From: an uncultured Deferribacteres bacterium
Lineage (GTDB): Bacteria > Zhuqueibacterota > Zhuqueibacteria > Zhuqueibacterales > Geothermadaptataceae
DNA length: 22,206 bases
Direction: 5' to 3'
NCBI GenBank assembly: GCA_964014485.1
Contig: CAXHAT010000136.1
Span: forward strand, 1 to 22,206
Shown here: positions 7,767 to 15,643 of the stretch, piece by piece
Numbering within the stretch: position 1 is the stretch's first letter
Layout: the number at the start of each line of letters is the position of its first letter
Notes under the pieces: generated by a model
What the model was told of the DNA's origin: nothing
The model's input: only the letters and a program-made list of their open reading frames with translations
Database searches by the model: none
Program-made: the position numbers and the translations under genes

Positions 7767-9461
7767 TCACTTCATCAATATCAGTTTGCGTTGCGCCGTG
7801 AAATGTTGACCGGCTTTGATCTTGTAGAAATACAGTCCGCCGGCAACATGCTTTCCTGTATCATCACGTGCGTCCCAAGCGACTTTGTGCGCGCCTGTTC
7901 CGAAACGTCGGGACGGAATCAGCGTGCGCACCAATTGGCCGACGGTATTGTAAATGCTCAGTGTCACCATGCTTGCTTCGGCCAGCTCAAACTGAATCGT
8001 GGTGTTTGGATTAAACGGATTTGGGTAATTCTGCCAGAGAATGAATCGCTTCGGCGGCGCCTCGGGGTCTTCAACATTGACGACAATATCATCGATCCAG
8101 CCGCCGGCAAAGCCCGCCCGAATAAGCCCTTTTTGAATGATCGAGTCTTTTTTCATCACCTCCCACACCCAGCCGCTGCGATAATTTTCAATCATCATTA
8201 AAATCGGCCCCTGGTCGATGCCGATATAGTCGGTGTCAAACCAGTTAACTGAATCGTTGTAGGCGTCACGGAAGCCGTAGGTGCTGTAGAGTTTGGAACC
8301 GTATTTTTCCTTCAAATTGCGCAGCATGGGAATGACGATTTCCGGGGCGTACGCAATGGAGCCGCCCGCCGCCGTCGGTGCAATCGTGCCGTCGTCGACG
8401 ATTCTGTTGCCGCTGGCGCCGCGCGCGCGATAGCCGTTAAAGCCAAAATTGCGCGGGCCGTCGCAGGCGGTCAAGCCCCATTCCGATTCGCTATAATTTG
8501 GCCAGTCTTCCGGGTTGGCGGCGCAGTAGGCGCGATTGGCGTAGGTGGCGCGACGTGCGTTTTCAAAATAGTCGTACTTTTCACCGAACAAATCGAGTTC
8601 GTCATTGTGCAAACCGCGAAAATCGATCCAGGCGTGCGGATAATGGTGGCCGAACAACGGCGCGAATGTGACGAATGCGATCGGAAAATGCGCCGTCGTT
8701 TCATAGCGATAACGCGAGGTCCAAAACTGCCAGGCGCTCGTCGGCACCGGATTCGTCGTTCCGCCCAAAGCGAGAATATAGAGCAGCATGGCTTCGTTGT
8801 AACCGGCGTATTCAAAATTTATGAATCCTGATTCCGGATTCCAGCCGCCAGAGATTCCGCCGGTATTGGGGTTGCGCATAAAGCGCCAGTCGACGCGGTC
8901 GAGAATCACCGTCGCACTGTCCCGAATCGCAGTTTCGAGATCGTTTTCCGCGTCGTCGAAATAGTTGCGCACGAAAATCACGCCCAGCATCATGAGCGCG
9001 GTGTCGATGCTGCTCAGTTCGCTCGTCCAGGCGCGTTCGAGTGTGTTGGCGTTGAGAAAATGATAATACCACCCGCGATAGCCAACCGTGCCTGTCGATT
9101 CCTTCCCCATTTTGCCGAGCAGCAACGCTCGCAAAGTCTTATCAACTCGCTCAGCCGCCTGCGCTCGAGAGACGTAGCCCAGTTCAGCGCCTATGCCGTA
9201 CGCCGTTAGCCCGAAGCCCACGGAAGCGATTGAGATGTGAGAATTTTGCGTCGAAAAGTCAGTCGAGCGATCCGGCGACAAACCGGTGGCGCTATGCGCT
9301 TTTTCCCAGAACCAATTGAATGTATCGTTCGAGAGTTGATCGAGAAAGAGCGAATCTTCGACGCTCATTTCGTATGCCGGCGCCGACCAGTAGGGTTGGT
9401 ATTCCTGGGCGAATGTCGCGGTGGTAAACGCCAGCGCTGCAGAGACGAATAGAATTTTCAT
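7767..9461 (-). CDS. Secreted GH144-like ('glucoamylase family') beta-1,2-glucanase with C-terminal FlgD-Ig/T9SS type-A-like sorting domain
   Basis: Signal peptide MKILFVSAALAFTTATFA from ATG 9461 (preferred over TTG 9485). GH144-like motifs are SIASVGFGL, ELSSIDTA, GYNEA, PLFGHHY, WGLTACDG, GTIAPTAA and YIGIDQGP. The tail reads QNYPNPFNPNTTI...IYNTVGQLVRTL...WDARDD...GLYFYKI...KLILMK. Confidence 0.88.
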   Translation of the reverse strand: MKILFVSAALAFTTATFAQEYQPYWSAPAYEMSVEDSLFLDQLSNDTFNWFWEKAHSATGLSPDRSTDFSTQNSHISIASVGFGLTAYGIGAELGYVSRAQAAERVDKTLRALLLGKMGKESTGTVGYRGWYYHFLNANTLERAWTSELSSIDTALMMLGVIFVRNYFDDAENDLETAIRDSATVILDRVDWRFMRNPNTGGISGGWNPESGFINFEYAGYNEAMLLYILALGGTTNPVPTSAWQFWTSRYRYETTAHFPIAFVTFAPLFGHHYPHAWIDFRGLHNDELDLFGEKYDYFENARRATYANRAYCAANPEDWPNYSESEWGLTACDGPRNFGFNGYRARGASGNRIVDDGTIAPTAAGGSIAYAPEIVIPMLRNLKEKYGSKLYSTYGFRDAYNDSVNWFDTDYIGIDQGPILMMIENYRSGWVWEVMKKDSIIQKGLIRAGFAGGWIDDIVVNVEDPEAPPKRFILWQNYPNPFNPNTTIQFELAEASMVTLSIYNTVGQLVRTLIPSRRFGTGAHKVAWDARDDTGKHVAGGLYFYKIKAGQHFTAQRKLILMK

Positions 9462-9483
9462 TTTCTGTTCTCTTTGGAATTTC

Positions 9484-9631
9484 AAATGACAAGCATCGAT
9501 TCACAGATAAGTTCCAATTCTCAATCTGCAATGACCAAATCACTCGTTGTTCTTGAACCAGCCTTCGTTTGAGAATTGACTAATTCGGTATTGTGATTTA
9601 TTTGTTATTTGGAATTCGTTTTTTGGGATTT
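9484..9631. repeat. Two inverted arms of degenerate ~7-bp periodic repeats (AAWTNNC-like) between the GH144 genes
   Basis: Left arm aaatgac aagcatc gattcac agataag...aattctc aatctgc aatgacc. The reverse complement of the right arm reads aaatccc aaaaaac gaattcc aaataac aaataaa...aattctc aaac. The right arm overlaps the last codons (KSQKTNSK*) of the upstream GH144. Confidence 0.45.
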
Positions 9632-11017
9632 CACTTCTCTGAAATCTAACACATCCAACCCTCGCTGAATCAGAGGATCACGCATAGAATATTCCCACAC
9701 CATGCCGGTACGAAAATTTTCGATCATAATCACGATTGGCCCTTGATCGATGCCAATGTAATCCGGATCGATCCAATCAACCGTCGGGTTGAAAGCGTCG
9801 TAGAAGCCGTGCGGCCCCCAAAGTCCTTTTTCGCCGTAACGTTCGAGCATTTTCTGCAAGGTCGGAATAACAATTTCCGGCGCGAAGACGATGGAGCCTG
9901 CCGCCGCCGTTGGTGCAATCGTGCCGTCGTCGCGCTGGATGCGGTTGGGGCCGCTGGTTCCGCGCGCGGTGTAAGTGTAGAACTTTCGGTCGTCGGTATT
10001 GTAGCTCTGTCCGGGGCCGTCACAGGCGGTCAAGCCCCAGGTGAGGGAATCGTAACCGACCCATCCCATCGGATTGTCAACCGCGTACTGGCGCTGGGTA
10101 TAAGCCGCACGGCGCGAATTTTCGAAATAGTCGATCCCCTTCTCGCGCATGTAAGCGTCGCCGAGACCGCGAAAATCGACGAACATGTGAGAATATTGGT
10201 GCCCGAAAAGCGGCGGGAAAGTCACGTGCGCCAAACCGGGGTAAGGCTCTTCCCAGCGATAAAACTTCAGCCAGTTTTGATAGGCCTGTTGCGCATCATC
10301 GTAACCGCATCCGGCGGCGAAAACATAAAGATAAAGCGCTTCGTTGTAGCCCGTCCAACCGTGGGAGAGGAAGCCGCGTTCCGGTCGCCAGCCCATGGTC
10401 ACGGTTCCGGCGGCGCGCCCCGCGTCTTCCGGCAGCGTCGTCCAATTCCAGTTGATTCGCTCAGTTAGTTCAGCGACGGTTGTGCGGATTTCCTGCTCCG
10501 GCGCATCGTCACGGTTGTAATAACTCATCGCAAAGCGCAGCCCGGCAAAAAGCAACGCCGTGTCGATGGTTGAAAGTTCACAACCCCAATAGCGCTGGCC
10601 GGTTTTCATGTGCAGAAAATGATAATAGAACCCCTGATGGCCGGTGGCGAGCGAGTCCGTGCTTTGCTCGGAATTTTTGAGAAAACGGAGCAATGCGAGC
10701 GTGTTTTCTCGCGCTTGTTCTCGCGAAATCCACCCTCGCTCCGCGCCAATCCCCCACGCGACGACGCCAAAGCCGGTCGCGGCTGTGCTAGATGGCGAAG
10801 TTGCTTTCGTGCGATCTTTCACCAACCCGTTTTCGGGGTTCATTTCATCGACAAAATAGCGAAACGAGCGGTGTTGCAATGAATCGAGAAAGGCCAATTC
10901 TTCCGCCGTTGCACCGTACTGTTCGGCCAGCGTTTTTGCTTTTTCTTGGCCGTCTATTCCCGAACATGCGAACATGGTCAGCGCATAAACGGCAATTGTG
11001 ATGCGTGCGATTTTCAT
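9605..11017 (-). CDS. GH144-like ('glucoamylase family') beta-1,2-glucanase, probable lipoprotein
   Basis: ATG 11017 gives MKIARITIAVYALTMFA-C, a lipoprotein-like signal (the ORF-track start at 11083 lies in a repeat). Motifs are ELSTIDTA, GYNEA, PPLFGHQYS, WGLTACDG, GTIAPTAA and YIGIDQGP. It is a paralogue of 7767-9461 without the C-terminal tail. Confidence 0.88.
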   Translation of the reverse strand: MKIARITIAVYALTMFACSGIDGQEKAKTLAEQYGATAEELAFLDSLQHRSFRYFVDEMNPENGLVKDRTKATSPSSTAATGFGVVAWGIGAERGWISREQARENTLALLRFLKNSEQSTDSLATGHQGFYYHFLHMKTGQRYWGCELSTIDTALLFAGLRFAMSYYNRDDAPEQEIRTTVAELTERINWNWTTLPEDAGRAAGTVTMGWRPERGFLSHGWTGYNEALYLYVFAAGCGYDDAQQAYQNWLKFYRWEEPYPGLAHVTFPPLFGHQYSHMFVDFRGLGDAYMREKGIDYFENSRRAAYTQRQYAVDNPMGWVGYDSLTWGLTACDGPGQSYNTDDRKFYTYTARGTSGPNRIQRDDGTIAPTAAAGSIVFAPEIVIPTLQKMLERYGEKGLWGPHGFYDAFNPTVDWIDPDYIGIDQGPIVIMIENFRTGMVWEYSMRDPLIQRGLDVLDFREVKSQKTNSK

Positions 11018-11044
11018 CGTTTCAACTCGGTTATAAAGTTTTTG

Positions 11045-11250
11045 ACCCGGACAAGCCGCAGCCGATTTGCGGCACTTATCCAACCTTGTGACTGAACGCA
11101 GAGTCGCCGAGATCGGGGAGCTTCGCAGAGTTTCTTTTTGAAAAAACAGAGAGTCCCGTTTATCGGTTTTCGTGCTTTTGGTCTGGTCGACATTGAACCC
11201 GCAATGAAATTCTCTCTGCGATTCTCAGCGTACTTTCCGTCTCTGCGTTT
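11045..11250 (+). repeat. ~200-bp ACGCAGAG-family repeat element, copy A
   Basis: From 11095, aacgcagagtcgccgagatcggggagcttcgcagagt closely matches the reverse complement of 14355-14391 (aacgcagagacgcaaagatcggagagtttcgcagagt). There is an internal inverted arm at 11210-11250 (ctctgcg...gtctctgcgttt). acccggacaagccg (11045) matches the reverse complement of cggcttgtcgggt (14428-14440). Confidence 0.75.
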
Positions 11251-11397
11251 TAAAAAAGTTCTACTAATAAGCTTGCATTCGAATGCTTTTGTCGAGCAGG
11301 ACAGAAATTTCAATCGACCAAGAACGATTGCTCGTCAGAGCGTCGTTCTCTGAGTTATGATCTGATGTTTCGCGCGATAACGCATACTTCAAAAATC

Positions 11398-11576
11398 TCC
11401 GCTCTGAAAAATACCGTTGGCGAATTCCTGATGACGCGAAGTTCTCATTAGCCCCGCGCTTCAGCGCAGGGACATGAGAGCGTGTCTTCTCCTCTTCCCC
11501 GCGCTGAAGCGCGGGGCTAATGATAGCGATACGATATAGTGAAAGCGAATTCGCCAACCGTATCCTGAAGAGCGGA
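11398..11576. mobile_element. MITE-like element with ~30-bp terminal inverted repeats (…GTTGGCGAATTC) carrying a TAGCCCCGCGCTTCAGCGC REP doublet
   Basis: 11398-11427 versus the reverse complement of 11547-11576 match at 25/30. Inner inverted repeat cattagccccgcgcttcagcgcaggg (~11446-11471) / ccccgcgctgaagcgcggggctaatg (11497-11522). The same terminal repeats occur at 18973-19262. No clear target-site duplication was seen. Confidence 0.6.
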
Positions 11577-11640
11577 GCCAATGAGAATCAAAAGTTGCTC
11601 GCAGGCTTTGATCCCCACGCTAAACAATGCGTGCGTAAGA

Positions 11641-14043
11641 TCAGTTATGATTTCCTTCAAGTACGACCTTCACCTGAAATTCTCCTTCGCCGCGCGGCGT
11701 TAACAAGGGGCCGCTGATTTTCTCTCCGTCAACCGTGATCGAGTGAACGCCGCCGGTGTAGCCGTTTGGATTTTCGATGCTGATGTGATAAACCCCGCCG
11801 CGAAAGCGCCGCGTCACCTTCACGCGCGGCCAGTGCGCTGGAATGCAGGGATCTATGAGCAAGCCTTCCGGCGTGGCGCGAACGCCGCAAACAGCTTCAT
11901 GCGCGACCGTGAGCAGCCAGCCCGCGGAACCGGTGTACCAGGTCCAGCCTGCGCGGCCGTAATGCTCGGAATCCTTGCCGTCGATATTTCCGGGCAGCAC
12001 GAACGGCTCGGCGGCGTAACGGTCGGCGCCTTGCTCTCCCTGCAAAATCGGATTGAGCTTCTGAAACAAGCGCATCGCATCTTCGGCGCGGCCCAGCTTG
12101 GCAAAGGCCAGGGGCGCCCATGTTGCCGCATGCGTATAAACGCCGCCGTTTTCTCGCAACGACGGCGCGTAGCGCGTGATGTAGCCGATTCCCGCGTCCG
12201 GCTTGCTGAAGCCCGGCTGGAAAAGCATGGCGCCATTGTCGCCTTCCAAATGCTCAAGAACCGCTTCGGCGATTTGAGCGCGCCGTTCGCCCTCAGCCAC
12301 GCCAGAAATAATGGCCCAGGTTTGCGAATTGAGGTAAATCTTGCATTCTTCCTGGGAAGGATCGCCGATGGGCGCACCGTCGTCTTTGGTGGCGCCGAGA
12401 TACCATTGGCCGTTCCAGCCGTGAGTGTTGAGCGCGTCCTTCAGGGCAGCGGCGCGTTTGCGGTATTCCGCCGCCAACGCGGGCTTAGGAATAGGCGAGT
12501 ATTCGCTCAAAACTCGCACCCATTGCCTCAGAATTTCATACAAAAACATGCCGAGCCAAATACTTTCGCCGCGCCACTCCAGGCCGACAGCGCTGAATCC
12601 GTCGCACCAGTCGCCGGCGCCGATGAGCGGCAGGCCGCGCTCGCTAAAACGCCCAAGCGCCGTTTCAATGGCGCGCGTGCAATGTACTTGCAGGAAGTCC
12701 TCGCCTTCGTCGTAAAAAGGGATGCGCTCCTGAAGCGCGGAAAAATCGCCCGTCTCATTAAAGTACTGCGTCAACATGTACGGCAGCCAAAGCAGATCGT
12801 CCGTCATCTCCGTGGGCAGACCTTGATCGGTGAGCGGATGCCACCAATGCAGCACCTTGCCGCTGGAAAATTGATGGCGTGCGTTTAGCTTAACGTGATC
12901 CAGCATCCGATCCGGCTCCAAAAAGAGCCAAACCTGGCTGGTCTGCAATTGGTCGCGAAAACCGTACGCGCCGGACTGCTGGTAGTAGCCCGTCCTTCCC
13001 CACAAATGCCCGGAAACCGCCTGATATTTCAGCCAGACATTATTGAGCAAATCAAAGGATTTCTCCGGCGTTTCGAGCACGACTCGACTGGTCAACTCGC
13101 ACCAAAAATCTTTGACGCGCTGCAATTCATTTCGCGCGGCGCTTTCATCGCTAAAGCGTTCAACGAGATGTGCCGCGCTCTCGTCAGGTTTGTTTTTATC
13201 GATTTGGCCGAGAAGGAAAACCACGGTTTTCTCCTCGCCGGGCGCGAGCGTGACGTTCGTCGCCAACGAAGCGGCGGGGTCTTCAAATCGGCCGCTTTTA
13301 CCGCTAAACGCGCCTTCAGCAATTCCTTTTGGCCGGTGAAAACCGCCGTGACGACCAATGAGCGCGTCCTTGCTTGCGTCCCAGCCCGCGAGTTCCGCAT
13401 TGACGGCGTGAAAGCCGAGATACGGCCATTCCGTGTTCCAATGTCCGCGATCCGTCGGGACTTCCCAAAGCAGTTTTTCCGCGGTAATGGCGCGCAGTTT
13501 TGGGTCAAATTTTGTTTCGATAAAAAGTTTATGAAATTCACGATGCACGTCCGGGGCGGCGCCGAGATTCCATTCAAGATAGGAGCTGAGTTGCAATCGG
13601 CGGGCGGCGGCGCCTTTGTTTCGCAAGGTGCAAAGCCAGATTTCCACGGGATCATCTTTCGCGGCAAACAAAGTCCATTCGCTTTCGATATCGCCGTATT
13701 TTTGCACGAAAGTCGTGTAGCCGAGACCGTGATGGACGCGGTATTCATCAAACGCCGCTTGCATAGGTTGGAACGCCAGTGAACGCAGCACTCCGGAATC
13801 GAGATCGCGCAGATAGAGCCACTTGCCCCAATCGTCACGGATCAGGTCTTGATTCCAGCGCGTCAGGCGGTTGAGCGACGCGTGTGTGCGCCAGCTAAAT
13901 CCGCCGCCGGCCTGGCTGACAACGAGGCCAAAATCGCCGTTTGAAATAACATTCACCCAGGGACGCGGCGTATCGGGCCGGGTGACAACATACTCGAAAC
14001 CGTCGTCGGAAAAACAGCCGTATTTACTCTTGAAGTCAGGCAC
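11641..14043 (-). CDS. GH94 glycoside phosphorylase (Cgs/NdvB-like motifs; probable beta-1,2-oligoglucan phosphorylase), cytoplasmic
   Basis: 800 aa, GTG start, no signal peptide. Motifs are TPRPWVNVISN, RLTRW, QQSGAYGFRDQLQ, DDLLWL, GAGDWCDG, GESIWLG, RENGGVYTHAA and WYTGSAGW. Confidence 0.9.
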   Translation of the reverse strand: MPDFKSKYGCFSDDGFEYVVTRPDTPRPWVNVISNGDFGLVVSQAGGGFSWRTHASLNRLTRWNQDLIRDDWGKWLYLRDLDSGVLRSLAFQPMQAAFDEYRVHHGLGYTTFVQKYGDIESEWTLFAAKDDPVEIWLCTLRNKGAAARRLQLSSYLEWNLGAAPDVHREFHKLFIETKFDPKLRAITAEKLLWEVPTDRGHWNTEWPYLGFHAVNAELAGWDASKDALIGRHGGFHRPKGIAEGAFSGKSGRFEDPAASLATNVTLAPGEEKTVVFLLGQIDKNKPDESAAHLVERFSDESAARNELQRVKDFWCELTSRVVLETPEKSFDLLNNVWLKYQAVSGHLWGRTGYYQQSGAYGFRDQLQTSQVWLFLEPDRMLDHVKLNARHQFSSGKVLHWWHPLTDQGLPTEMTDDLLWLPYMLTQYFNETGDFSALQERIPFYDEGEDFLQVHCTRAIETALGRFSERGLPLIGAGDWCDGFSAVGLEWRGESIWLGMFLYEILRQWVRVLSEYSPIPKPALAAEYRKRAAALKDALNTHGWNGQWYLGATKDDGAPIGDPSQEECKIYLNSQTWAIISGVAEGERRAQIAEAVLEHLEGDNGAMLFQPGFSKPDAGIGYITRYAPSLRENGGVYTHAATWAPLAFAKLGRAEDAMRLFQKLNPILQGEQGADRYAAEPFVLPGNIDGKDSEHYGRAGWTWYTGSAGWLLTVAHEAVCGVRATPEGLLIDPCIPAHWPRVKVTRRFRGGVYHISIENPNGYTGGVHSITVDGEKISGPLLTPRGEGEFQVKVVLEGNHN

Positions 14044-14244
14044 GATTTGAACTCTGTTTGATTTGTTGTTCTTGTGTAATTATCAGTGCAAACGTGAAAA
14101 CTTATGGTCAGAGAAAATACGTTTTTTGGCAGCCTCCGCGATTAAAATCTAACAGGAGCGCACAGCCCAGAATAGCTTGTGTTTCGTTCCGAGAGCAATG
14201 TCATTGAGCTCAGCGTATTTCTTGTTTTTTGGGCAAGACCTTTC

Positions 14245-14440
14245 AAACGCAGAGACGCTGAGAAGTGCAGAGAAAATTGAATTGTGAGTTCATTTTGAAC
14301 AGTTCGCGGCGATGAAAATTCGAAAATAGAGTTTCAGGCATTTGTGTTAAAAAAACTCTGCGAAACTCTCCGATCTTTGCGTCTCTGCGTTAAGTCACGA
14401 GATTAAATGACTGTTCCTGATTGGTTCCGGCTTGTCGGGT
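14245..14440 (-). repeat. ~200-bp ACGCAGAG-family repeat element, copy B (inverted relative to 11045-11250)
   Basis: aaacgcagagacgctgagaagtgcagag (14245) and actctgcgaaactctccgatctttgcgtctctgcgtt (14355-14391). Its reverse complement aligns to copy A at both ends. Confidence 0.75.
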
Positions 14441-14468
14441 TTGGGCTTACCCAGAAGCGGCGTATTTC

Positions 14469-14558
14469 TGTCGCCCTTTCAGGGTTTTCCAATGCGGTCG
14501 TGTGCTGACATTTACTAGGGCGTTGCCCTTCGCTATTACTTTCCGCCCCTTCAGGGCC
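14469..14558. repeat. Single arm of the GCCCT...AGGGC REP-like family
   Basis: tgtcgccctttcagggtt...ctagggcgttgcccttcgctattac...gccccttcagggc matches 19142-19229 (tgtcgcccttacagggct...ccagggcttcgcccttcgctgttac...accccgttgggg) in the same orientation. Confidence 0.7.
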
Positions 14559-14615
14559 TAAATCAAACCGAGCTAACACAGAACTTTTTCTCTATCGTTG
14601 GCCTTCACTCCAAAT

Positions 14616-15632
14616 TCAAAATCGTACGCCGAGGGTAAATCTCTGCGAATTGTCCAACCGTCCGTGATCCGACCAGGCGTAGTCGATGCGCAGAGACAAA
14701 TCGCCGTAAGAATAATCTAACCCGGCGCCCAGCGTCAACCCGACCTCGGAATCTTGCAGAAAAAGATTTTGATAGCCGCCGCGCAAAAACAGAAAATCGG
14801 CGACGCTCCATTCCGCGCCAAAACTCACGCTCTCGGTGTTGTCGTTCGGGTGAAAAGCGTCGACCGCGATGTTGACGCGATTGTTCTCGCCAAGCCGGAG
14901 CGGCCAGTACATCCCGACGCGAAACATCACAGGCAGGGAGTATTGCAGCGTATGAACCTCGCCCGGCAAACTGCTGTTGTCGCCGTAGCGATCCGGATCG
15001 AGATCGTACTGAATGCGCAAGTCTCGCCCTGAGTAGCCCGATTGCAATCCGAAATTCGAAACGCTGGCGGCGATGCGCATGCCGGAACCGGACAAGGTGT
15101 AGATCGTCCCGACGTTCAAACCGCCGGTCGCCAACGAGCTGTGCCAGATCGTTTCTTGCACATAATTGAGCTGCACGCCCAGGGAAAATCGATCCGTGAG
15201 TTGCCTGCCGAAACCAATTCCAAGAGCGAGATCGGCAACCGTGTAACGCTCGCCGGTGCCCAGCGGCTGTCCCACAGTGCGTACGGCAATCTCGCCGGAG
15301 TTGAGCGCCGTCGCGCTCAGGTAAAAATTGCCTGCATCGCCCGCCTGAATGAGCGCTCCGACGTAATCATAACTAATGCCCGCCAGCCACTCGCTGTGCG
15401 TCAATTGGAGACCGTAGCCGGTTTGCATACCAATCGCGCCCGGATTGTAATAGGCCGAGACGATTTCTTCAGAGGTTGCAACCCCGGCATTGCCCATGGC
15501 GGCGGCGCGAGCGCTTGGCTCGATGAGCAAAAACTGCCCAATGGTCGTGCCGGTTTTGCTTTGGCCGAAAGCAAGCCCGCTGGCGAACAGGAGCAGAATC
15601 GGACAAAGCGTTTTTATCGTCATTCTTGCCAT
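14616..15632 (-). CDS. PorV/PorQ-family (UPF0164-like) outer-membrane beta-barrel
   Basis: AGGAG RBS 7 nt before ATG 15632 and a signal peptide. It has the family-typical N-terminus GTTIGQFLLIEPSARAAAMGNA...YYNPG, alternating beta-strands, and a C-terminal barrel signature RFTLGVRF. Confidence 0.82.
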   Translation of the reverse strand: MARMTIKTLCPILLLFASGLAFGQSKTGTTIGQFLLIEPSARAAAMGNAGVATSEEIVSAYYNPGAIGMQTGYGLQLTHSEWLAGISYDYVGALIQAGDAGNFYLSATALNSGEIAVRTVGQPLGTGERYTVADLALGIGFGRQLTDRFSLGVQLNYVQETIWHSSLATGGLNVGTIYTLSGSGMRIAASVSNFGLQSGYSGRDLRIQYDLDPDRYGDNSSLPGEVHTLQYSLPVMFRVGMYWPLRLGENNRVNIAVDAFHPNDNTESVSFGAEWSVADFLFLRGGYQNLFLQDSEVGLTLGAGLDYSYGDLSLRIDYAWSDHGRLDNSQRFTLGVRF

Positions 15633-15643
15633 CGTCAAACTCC

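Noticed and set aside
8368..9932. Near-identical ~30-bp direct repeat (gccgccgtYggtgcaatcgtgccgtcgtcg) at ~8368 and ~9903
   Set aside because: It encodes the conserved DDGTIAPTAA motif in the two GH144 paralogues and is not an independent element.
11014..11717. Short ORFs (65-105 aa) between GH144 and GH94
   Set aside because: They coincide with the ACGCAGAG repeat and the MITE-like element, with no RBS or domain evidence.
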